Source of the DNA: Octopus bimaculoides
Taxonomy: Eukaryota
NCBI RefSeq assembly: GCF_001194135.2
Contig: NC_068997.1
Location: 43,374,341 to 43,438,340 of the forward strand
Length of the DNA: 64,000 nucleotides
Reading direction: 5' to 3'
The position numbers were made by a program, and so were the translations under genes. Below the pieces are notes generated by a model. The model ran no database searches. It was not told where the DNA came from and saw only the letters and a list, made by a program, of their open reading frames with translations. Shown here piece by piece: positions 54,318 to 64,000 of this stretch. Each line of letters begins with the position of its first letter. Position 1 is the stretch's first letter.

Positions 54318-55125
54318 GGTGAAAGCAGCAAGCTGGCAAAATTGTGAACACGCCAGGCAAAAAGCTTTGTGGTACTTCATCCGTCTTTATGTTTTAAGTT
54401 CAAATTCCACCAAGATCAACTTTGTCTTTCATCCTTTCGGGGTCAATAAAATAATTATCAGTTGAGTACTNNNNNNNNNNNNNNNNNNNNNNNNNNNNNN
54501 NNNNNNNNNNNNNNNNNNNNNNNNNNNNNNNNNNNNNNNNNNNNNNNNNNNNNNNNNNNNNNNNNNNNNNNNCAACTTAACCCCTCCCCTCGAAATTTTC
54601 TTGCCTTGTTCCAAAATATGAAACCATTGTTATTATAATTAAGTTGGCACACTGGCAGAATCGTTTGCGCATCAGAAAATGTGTTAAGTAGCGTGTCTTC
54701 CAGCATTACGTTGTGAGATCAAATTCCACCAAAGTCAACTTTACCTTTCAGCCTTTCAAGGTCGATTAAATAAGTACCAGTGAAGCACTGGAGTCAATGT
54801 AATCAGCTTGTCCTCTTGCCCAAAATTTCAGACTTTGTACCTACTACTACTACTACTATTATTATTATTATTATTATTATTATGGTGATGGTGATGATGA
54901 TGATGTGCTTGCTGAATTGTTAAAGCATTGGGTGAAATGCTTAATGGCATTTCATCTGGATTTATCTTCTGAGTTCAAATGTTAGCAGCGGTCAACTTTG
55001 ACTTGATCCTTTTAAAGTTAAAATAAGTACCATCAGATGTAATCAACTATTCCTCTCCCCCATATTTCAGGCTTTATGCCTATAGTAGAAAGGATTATTA
55101 TTATTATTATTATTATTATTATTTT
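53570..55125 (+). repeat. Head-to-tail array of six family C SINEs joined by (ATT)n
   Basis: Copies start at ~53571, 53828, 54060, 54316, 54640 and 54905, each separated by a trinucleotide tract. Confidence 0.85.
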
Positions 55126-55230
55126 TTAGAAAGTTAAAGAAGTGATATTTTAAATTCTCAATCGCAGAATAATGCTAATAATATAGCCTGAACAGGATAA
55201 ACTATCCCTATTTTGCAGAGAAAAGTGTAG

Positions 55231-55309
55231 GTGACTAGCTGTGGACTCGAACTCACATCCCCGTCATTACATGTGACGATACTTTTGCCGATTAAGCTAA
55301 ACTACTCAC
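55231..55309 (-). pseudogene. tRNA-Thr(TGT)-like sequence (pseudo-tRNA or SINE head)
   Basis: Minus strand: A-box TAGCTTAATCGG, anticodon stem CGTCA/TGACG with loop CATGTAA, B-box GTTCGAGTC, and paired ends. Non-canonical A33 and imperfect T stem. Confidence 0.35.
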
Positions 55310-55628
55310 TACAAATTCCTCTGCAAATTAAGATATATAAATCTCGCTTTATGAGACGCTCTCATATGTTAAATTCAAATTACGACAAACGTAAATAAAC
55401 AAGCAAAGCTTGCTTTTAGAAGCGTTGAGATGTCTTTTTTAGNNNNNNNNNNNNNNNNNNNNNNNNNNNNNNNNNNNNNNNNNNNNNNNNNNNNNNNNNN
55501 NNNNNNNNNNNNNNNNNNNNNNNNNNNNNNNNNNNNNNNNNNNNNNNNNNNNNNNNNNNNNNNNNNNNNNNNNNNNNNNNNNNNNNNNNNNNNACGTTTG
55601 TCGTAATTTGAATTTATTATTATTATTA

Positions 55629-56165
55629 TGTGAGAGCAGTGCATGCGATCAAAATGACACTGGGGTAAAATATATGAAGCCCAGTATACCCATCATGACT
55701 ACCCGTCTGATAAGGGTACACCAGGCACATGCATCACAACCGTATGTGCACGACATGGTGATCCCATATCAAGATAAACAGCACATGACCTTGCAGGTGG
55801 GGCCCAGTTAGAATCTTCTTCAGGTTGAGTAACCCATCCCACTCAAAAGGTCCTTGAATAGGGGTTAAAAATGTTGAACGAGACCCCTATTTCCAGAGGT
55901 AAATTATTCAAACTCCAAAGAATTCCTCTCAATACATGGCTGTGATGCTCCCCAACTATTCCTGCTTGTGATATCAGAGATGCACTAAGGGACATGCTCA
56001 ACTGGTTATGGTAAAAAAAACTGACTAGCAAATCTGTGGTATTGAGCAGAATATTTGCTGTAGCCCATTTTTTATACCAAGACAAAACAATGCACATGAT
56101 AACGGTTCCAATCAGTTAAGATCAGAAGCCATGAGAGCCAGTGCCTGATACTGCATCAGGGCAGA
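55629..56165 (+). mobile_element. ~540-bp dispersed element, family D. Copies also at 21595-22160(-), 35405-35950(+) and a 3' part at 35130-35340(+)
   Basis: Shared start (GAGAGCA.TGCATGC.ATCAAA.TGACAC) and end (GTGCCTG.TACTGCATCAG.GCA then (ATT)n). No ORF or tRNA head recognised. Confidence 0.8.
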
Positions 56166-56809
56166 TGATATTATTATTATTATTAGAACATCAGACAAAA
56201 TGCCTTAGTGCATTTATTCTAGCTCACTACAATCTTGCTGAGATCAACTTTGCCTTTCAACCCTCTGAGGTCAATAAAATAAAGTACCAGTCAAGTACTG
56301 GAGTCAATGGTCAACCAATCCTTCATTCCTCAAAATTGTTAGCATTGTTCATAAATCAGAAATCTTTACAATTATTATAACAATGCTTGTAGCATATCTA
56401 GCACATTTCCATTAATCCTACACTTCAATTGGATTTGATTTCTGATCATCATTGGATGTCTTATTCCTGGATATTAACTGCTTCTCAAATGAGATTTAAG
56501 CTAAGAAGTTTTGTATCTAAACTAAGGGTAGTATAAGCAGTAGTAACTTATAAGATAAATATAGAGTTTTATGTCTAAACTAAGGATAACACAGACAGCA
56601 GTAACTTATAAGATAAAGCTATTACTAGCTTTAGAATTAATATTGGTATTTGAATTTAGTCTTGGGCTCATTGTAAGTCTCCTGGACGTTGCTGTCTTAG
56701 ATTCAAGGACTCATAGAACTGGTTACTCAGTTTGACGAATACCACAGCTAGACAAATACCCACCATACTCTGAAAATTTTGTTTCCCTGGACTTAGGCAC
56801 ATTAAAGCT

Positions 56810-57240
56810 TCAGCATCTGATAAGTGACTGGGCAGACACCCACAAGATTATCCACCATCTTTCTAACAACAACCTGTGGCACCTTTTCAAATTCCATATG
56901 TCTAACACTTGTGGACATGCTTACAAAATCAAAAAAACAATACAGCACCCATGACTTTTGGAAACAATTTTACACACTCAGAATTGCTGAAGCATGGAAT
57001 AAACTATCTGCATCAGTTGTTAGCTATCAGGACACTACATCCTTCAAAACTTCCATGCTTCCTGAAATTCATCAACAATACACCTGATGTCCCCTTTTTT
57101 TTTTCTTTTAAACTTTTGAAACAACTCATTCACTGTCCACCTCCTGTGCATTCTATGTACAGTTCTTGCACTTTTGTTTACTTTTTCTGATGAATTGTAG
57201 TGCACCTGAGTACTGTTTACAATAAGTTCATTATTATATA
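56810..57240 (+). mobile_element. CR1-type LINE 3' end relic
   Basis: NTCGHAYKIKK.YSTHDFWKQFYTLRIAEAWNKLSASVVSYQDTTSFKTSM resembles the CR1 ORF2 C-terminus (TRGH..K...R..FF..RV...WN.LP..VV...FK). Confidence 0.7.
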
Positions 57241-58703
57241 TATACGTGACAGAGATCAAAACATTGCCCTTGAACAGGACACCAGTTTGTCACAAGGTTA
57301 TTTATGGCTGAATAAACTGGAGTGACATGAAATGATATGTTTTGTTCAAGATCACAACATACCACCCAATATGGAAATCAAAACCGCAATCTTTTGTTTG
57401 TGAATGCAACACCCTAACCACCGGGCCATACACATTTACATTATGTACACATTCAAGAATAAAACACCTTATGACAATAATAAGAGATCATAACATAGTG
57501 TAGATAATAAATATATTTTAATGATGAGGTTGATAAATTAATCTCATCTTAGTAATAACAACTCATTATCTCAGATATCTAAACTGTTAATCTTAACTTA
57601 TTATTGTGGTGGAGGTCACATGTGTGCGTGATTGTTACCTTTCTTGAACTTAATTGCATCTTGAAATGTTTGCAGCACATTTTTCTTTATCTGTTTACGC
57701 TTGATTGTCGCTTTTATATTTATTTGCCATATTTTTTTATTTTTTAGTTTGTTTTTCTTTCTTTTTGTTTATTTTTGCTTTATGTACTTCATATGTCCAA
57801 TAGAAATAAAAATTGCTTGTTAATATTCCATTCTCTTTTTCGTTTTTCTGGATACCCCCACATTTCTCTATTTCATCAATTTGGTTTTGTAAACCTCCAC
57901 TTTACAATTTCTGTCAGTTCTTCAACTCTAATGCTGCTGCTCCTTTTCCATTGCATGGCCTCCAAGCTTTTTCTTATTTCTCTCTGCACCAGAAAAGACA
58001 TTGTGTGCCAAGTAAAAACGAAGAATTTTGGCTTCTTCAGAGTCATGAATTCCTTAGCCACTGCAAGTGTTGGACAAGATACTTGACTTTACTTGCCTAA
58101 AATTTTGTGCTTAATTAAGAAATAATTTTATTGCTGTTGTCATACTTATTATCAATATTGTACATTGTTGTAGTTGAAAAGTACAATAACTAAACTACTG
58201 AAATATTTGACTTGTCTTCAGGATCTTTAGTTCATATTCAGCTATAGATATTGTGATATTGCACTCTACATGGTTTAATTGAACACATACAAACACACAC
58301 ACACACACTTTATATATATATATATTAGAGACAAGAAAGTAAATTTTGAATGTAGCAAAGAAATATTGGGCATTTATCCTTATAAGACAGAAAAAAAGTT
58401 GCCAGCAGGTGACTCTGTGAATCGAAGCCTGTACTCCTCAGACACCAATTGTCTGCATTTGTTTATATTTGTTAATAAAACACTTTTGTATTTGAAAAGC
58501 TATTATTTAGCATTAAAATTGAAGGTAATTGTTGTCAGGGGTCATTTAGCTTAATGGTAGAGCGCATAGTCACCTGCTGGTAACTTTATTCCATCTTATA
58601 TGAGTAAATACCCAATCTTTCTGCTGTTTTCACTGCTTTACTGTATTCAAAATTTACTTTCTTGTCTGTAAATACCAACCCATTTGACACTTCCAAAATT
58701 CGT

Positions 58704-58736
<33 letters not shown>

Positions 58737-59849
58737 CTTTTTTCTAATTATTAGAGCTGCAAGATCACAAAAAAACTGCTACTCAGAGTTTCATGTTCCC
58801 ATTCGTTAGGCAGTTGTGATCAATATTTTCTTGATCACAACTGCTCAATGAACAGAAATGTGAAACTCTGAGTAGCAGTTTTTTGTTATGTTCTTGTAGC
58901 TTTAATAATAAAAAAGAGGACATTACTCCACCTCTGGTATTCAAGTACTATTTTTCTCCACCTTGTTTTGCATTTATATGCTTACTCATGTGTGTATATA
59001 TTTATATCCAAAATTATGGAATGGAGTAGATTCACATACATAGCAACCCCAATTGCTGACTGAACTATAGAATAACATTTTTTCATCTCATCAAACTTCA
59101 ATAAGGGAAAAATGTACATCCTTCTACAACAATAAACCATTATTGTTCCTGAAAGTTGTTTTTTATGCTTTCTACAAACTGCTTGAAACATACTAACTTC
59201 CTACACCTTGATCCTTGGATCTTACCTTTACACACACATATACATATTAAGATATTGAAAGTTCTTGCAATATCTTTCCTTTTGTCTGTATCATTACTAA
59301 TCTTTCTCTCTAAGATGATAAAGGGAAAAGCTTATTACAACAATGAATTTTCCTTTATTACATCCATTAAGCATGCATGCACACATACACACATGCTTAC
59401 ATACTCATTCATCCATGCATACATACATACATGTAGTGTATTCATCTACAAAGATTCTAATGGAGTGTTAACGGCATCAATTTCTCCCACTTATTCCTCG
59501 ATCTGTAAGGGCAATGTTCCATTTTCTGTTCAATATAAGAAATGTTTAAATGTTATCATTAGATGTTTAGAAATACATTGAACATAGACAGGTTGTGTGC
59601 GTGCATGCATGCATGCAATGATTTGTTTATGAAATAAAATAAAAAAACTGTCATTGGATTGTCGAGAAAAGGTCAAGTTGTTTTCTATTGAAATGTTTTT
59701 CCTAACATGATTTCTCATTCGGATTCAGTTTTCCAGCTAACATAGAACATTATTATTGTTATCATTGTTGTTGTTGTTGCTACTGTTATATTTGGATTTG
59801 GTCTTTGGATTTATATGTGCTACAATCCTAGCAGTAATTTTTGTGAATC

Positions 59850-60070
59850 TCTAAGGCTGAAAAGCTGGCAGAATTGTTACCATGCTGGGCAAAATGCTTA
59901 GCGGCATTTCGTCTGTCTTTACATTCTGAGTTTGAATGCCAGTAGAGGTTGACTTTCCCTTTCGTCCTTTCAGAGTCGATAAAATAAGTACCAGTTGTGC
60001 TCTGGGGTCGATTTCATTGACTAACCCTGCCCCTGAAACTGCTGGCCTTGTGCCAAAATTTGAAGCCAAT
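59850..60070 (+). mobile_element. tRNA-derived SINE, family C. Other copies at ~2820-3010(-), 3015-3235(-), 21185-21400(-), 22180-22400(-), 22645-22870(-), 34915-35090(+), 56170-56380(+)
   Basis: AAGG..GAGCTGGCAGAAT..TTAGCA...TTCTGAGTTCAAAT...CCTTTCGGGGTCGATAAAATAAGTACC...GGCCTTGTGCCAAAATTTGAA. Most copies end in an (ATT)n tail. Confidence 0.8.
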
Positions 60071-60387
60071 ATTTGTTCATCTCGCGTATAAGTCTTTCAG
60101 TAACTGTAGGATGAAAACAGTTTGGAATGAGGGGTTCATGACAGAATATAAAGAAAGTAACATGAGTGAGAAATATTAACTGTCCCACTCAACCAACAAT
60201 AATATCAAGTGTTGTTTTAACCCTTTAGCGTTCAGATTATTCTGTCAGATGAAATATTTATTTATCCACATTGTTTTGATTTCTATGATATGATTGTTTA
60301 TTTTTAAAGTGACAATGTAGAGTAGGTGTGAGGGGCCGGATATGGCTGGTTTGAATACTAAGAGGTTAATAGTTGGTTAACAATGTA

Positions 60388-60596
60388 CGAAGTATTGCTG
60401 AAAAGTTCCAAGCTTTAGATAAAAGAAAATACAGGAAAATACAGGATTTTATTCAACATTTTCCCCTCTCAGATTCACACACTTATTGCAACAGTCCTTC
60501 AGTTTCCTAAGCCCTGTAAAAGAATTCAGAAGGTTAGGCTTCCAACCAGGCCTTTTACAATGCCCCTAAAGTCAGGGACTTTTCAGCACCCCCTTG
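60388..60596. mobile_element. mariner-type MITE
   Basis: TA|CGAAGTATTGCTGAAAAGTTCCAAGCTTTAG ... CTAAAGTCAGGGACTTTTCAGCACCCCCTTG|TA: imperfect TIRs with TA flanks. Confidence 0.7.
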
Positions 60597-61004
60597 TATC
60601 TTACAAGAGTTCCTTTATTAGTTAATGTGTTGTTGGTAGAAGCTAGAAGTACATTAAGAGGATTTGGGAATATGTTTATAGAGTAACTCACTGCATGTTT
60701 GGCCTCACAAATGAGTTAAAGCAACATGGGAAAAGGGGAATTATAGTGATGAGGTTAATGGTGACAGATTTATTATTCTTTCATTTATCTTTTATCATTT
60801 ACATGTTTCATGCCATTAGACTAGCCATGCTGGAACACCGCCCTGAAGAATTTTAGCCAAACGAATTGACCCCAGTACTATCTTGTTTTAAAGCCTGGTA
60901 CTTACTCTATCAATCTCTTTTTGCCAAGCCACTAAGTTATGGGGATGTAAACACACCAACAATAGTTTTCAAGTGGTGGTGGGTGGCAAGCTAACACACA
61001 CACA

Positions 61005-61072
<68 letters not shown>

Positions 61073-62629
61073 GTGGACATCTTTAAGATTCTGTCTACCA
61101 AACTCACTCACAAGGCTTTGGTCAGCCCAAGACCATAGAAGACACTTGCCCAAGTTGCCACGCAGTAGGACTGAAAGCAGGACCATGTAGTTTGGAAGCA
61201 AACTTCTTACTACACAGCTATTTATTTTTCCTAAATTCATACACACATGACTATAGTCGTATGCTCATGTATTATATCTTTCCAACAATTAATTGTATAT
61301 GTTATGAAAGCTCTGGCTGAGGAGGGTCTCCACATTGGCCAGTAGGCATGGACCTTCAATTTTGAGGGAATTATGTCGTTGGTCAGAGGTAATGGGAGAA
61401 TTCTTTGCTATTCTCAATGCTTGCATGGGTCAGATGGAATTTGTTGAGACAGATTTTTCACCAGTTGGACGTCCGTCTTGTTAGCAACCCTTCAAGTAAG
61501 GTAAGATTCCTTGTGGCCAAACATATTTTTCGCAGAAGACTGGAAATAAAGAAAATGTTTGCTTTCAACCATCATGTGATGTAAAGATAAGAATACACAC
61601 CAAAGACACACATGCATTAGTTTGTGTGTGTGTGATAGGCTTCTTTCAGTTTTCATCTACCAAATCCACTAACGAAGCTCTGGCTGACCTGAGATTATAG
61701 TAGAAGAGATTTGCAAAATGTGCTGTTCACTGGGACTGAACCCAAGACCAAATGGCTGGGAAGTAAGCTCTTTAATCATACAGCCATGTCTGTGGCTGGA
61801 TAGATAGATACCATCATCATCATCATCATCATCAGAAGAAGAAGAATAGAAACACACACAGCCTTAATCTAATAATGTATTCAGGACTGATTACTGAAAT
61901 GTGAGGGACTACACTTCACATTTGGTCAAGGCCTTATTGCCAGCTTTGCACAATATATATCCTAGCTGCATATAATTCTGTATCACATCTGCAATAATCC
62001 AGCATTTTTATGACTACCAATGTGTTCATACTTTTCTTATTAAATACGTAATTCTAATTTTGGCATTTCAGAGTTGTCTCCCCTGTCTGATATATATGTT
62101 TTTCTTGCTGCAATCTTAATTAATTTTGATTAATTAAACATGTCTTGTTACTACGTTATGTCGGCACTGACTTAATTGTTTATTTTACGTGCATATGGTG
62201 ACTGCATGTCCAGATTGTCATTATGACTGTCAAAAGTAGATTTAATTAATTTTAGCCCTCAGGTTAATGTTGCAGGAGGAATGTTGATTGATGAAAAATT
62301 GTTTTTGCTAATCATGTTAGCAATTTTTGCATATTATGTTAGCAATGAATAAACTATTTGTTTTCCATGCTGATGGTATCCATCGGTGATTTCTGTCAGG
62401 TCATTGTTCTGGGATTTACTTTCAGTGTCGTTGACAAGTAAAAACAAAGTTGCAAGTTGACATAAAATGTCATAAAAACATTAAATATAGAGAGTGTGTG
62501 GGTGTGGGTGGGTTCATTTATTCAAAACTGAAGTTTCACTCTGCTGTGACCCCGAGCTACTATTACTTTCTTCATAAAAATGAAAATCCCAATGACTCCT
62601 TAAGACCTCCTTCACGAATATATTTCCTT

Positions 62630-63016
62630 AAGGAGTGGCTGTGTGGTAAGTAGCTTGCTTACAAACCATATGGTTCCGGGTTCAATCCCACTAGGTGGCA
62701 CCTTGGGCAAGTGTCTTCTACTATAGCCTCGGGCCGACCAAAGCCTTGTGAGTGGATTTGGTAGACGGAAACTGAAAGAAGCCCGTCATATATATATATG
62801 TATGTGTGTGTATATGTTTGTGTGTCTGTGTTTGTCCCCTCCCCCAACATCGCTTGACAACCGATGCTGGTGTGTTTACGTGCCCGTAACTTAGCGGTTC
62901 GGCAAAAGAGACCGATAGAATAAGTACTAGGCTTCCAAGTCCTGGGGTCGATTTGCTCGACTAAAAGGCGGTGCTCCAGCATGGCCACAGTCAAATGACT
63001 GAAACAAGTAAAAGAG
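62630..63016 (+). mobile_element. tRNA-derived SINE, family A, complete well-preserved copy
   Basis: A/B-box head (GTGGCTGTGTGGTAAG...GGTTCAATCCC), CORE-like CACCTTGGGCAAGT, internal (TA)n/(TG)n, and 3' half ending GACTGAAACAAGTAAAAGA. Confidence 0.85.
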
Positions 63017-63042
63017 TTATGTTGAAAACTATTACTCTATAC

Positions 63043-63191
63043 CAGTCATGGGCAAACTGCGACCAGCAGGACTTTCTGAATGACTCACCCAATGAAAAAT
63101 TACCCTGAAATTTTTTTAGTAGCGTGTTCTGTCTGATGATGAGCCATGTCTCATGTGGCCTGCTTCTCAAACAAATGGTTGCCCATGCCTG
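63043..63191. mobile_element. hAT (Charlie-like) MITE
   Basis: TIRs CAGTCATGGGCAAAC / GGTTGCCCATGCCTG. 8-bp flanks CTCTATAC and CTCTTTAT match at 6/8. Confidence 0.7.
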
Positions 63192-63399
63192 CTCTTTATA
63201 AACGACGGTTATGGTGAGTAATGGGAAACTCAAAGTGGCAATGAAGACCAAACCACACACACACATACGGCTTTGTATTTACTGTTTATATCACATTTTA
63301 TTTATATACATTGCTTATATTGAGTACTTTTTCCTTCTTGTTTGGACATTCAAACACACACATAGATTATAATTTAATTATTTCTTTATTCTCTTACAG

Positions 63400-63474
63400 A
63401 TTATTGGTGTTTGGTTGGCACTGCGATATCGGAACCAGAAAGATCCGAGAGCAAATCCAAGTGCATTCCTATAG
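63400..63474 (+). CDS. TSPAN13/31: Tetraspanin terminal coding exon, distal copy (5b)
   Basis: Acceptor ctcttacAG at 63398-63399. [24 protein letters not shown] (TAG). Phase 0, in frame with exon 4. Candidate AATAAA at 63937-63942. Confidence 0.9.
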   Translation: MIGVWLALRYRNQKDPRANPSAFL

Positions 63475-64000
63475 CCATGGAATGTTAAATGTTACTTTGA
63501 ACATTACTCTGTCTCCCTTTCTTCCTCCTCTCAGTTTTTTTCTCTCTTTGTTTTATATTTCTTTCTCATTTTTTTAAACATTTCCTCTTCAATTTCTTCT
63601 TTCTCCCAGCAATATTCTCTACATTTTCCTGGTGTGGAGACTATTAACAACAACAATAATAACAACATAAAATCAATGAGGATATAACATCACACTTACT
63701 GTATACACACAGTTTTAATACTGTATTTGGGTTACTCTCTTTCTCTTTCTCTCTCTCTCTCGGTCTCTTTCTCTCTCTCTCTCTCTCTCTGGATATTTCA
63801 ACTGAAAGAAAATGAAGTCTACGAGTCTACATTAAATGTCTCCTATATAGTTTGGTTGTATCTATATGACAGAGGCAGTTTTGACAGGTGCTTCAAATTG
63901 TTTTCGCAAAACATTTTCCACCTGTTATTTGTTGATAATAAACATGTTGATAGAGAATACAAACAGCTCCTATATGAATCCCCCTCCCTGTTACCATGTG

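Noticed and set aside
58536-58575. tRNA-like 5' half (TAGCTTAATGGTAGAGCGC)
   Set aside because: No anticodon arm, T arm or B-box follows.

Overview
AT-rich, gap-containing animal genomic DNA. The repeat families and microsatellite load look like an octopus/cephalopod assembly (inferred from recall, no search run). One protein-coding gene spans the window on the + strand: a TSPAN13/TSPAN31-type tetraspanin. I read coding exons at 6803-6970, 26803-27021 and 41927-42079. Exon 1 was not found and is presumably upstream. The gene has TWO intact, diverged copies of its 75-nt last coding exon (50709-50783 and 63400-63474), which suggests alternative terminal exons made by tandem duplication. Intron 6971-26802 is a ~19.8 kb U12-type (minor spliceosome) intron. 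The introns are filled with tRNA-derived SINEs, RTE and CR1 LINE relics, and piggyBac-, mariner- and hAT-type MITEs. They also hold a full-length decayed Tc1/IS630-like transposon whose transposase has its own intron, and a mariner with an internal inversion. Most ORFs in the supplied track are spurious (microsatellite, N-gap or repeat derived). Repeat boundaries are read by eye and approximate. The family letters A-H are my own labels.
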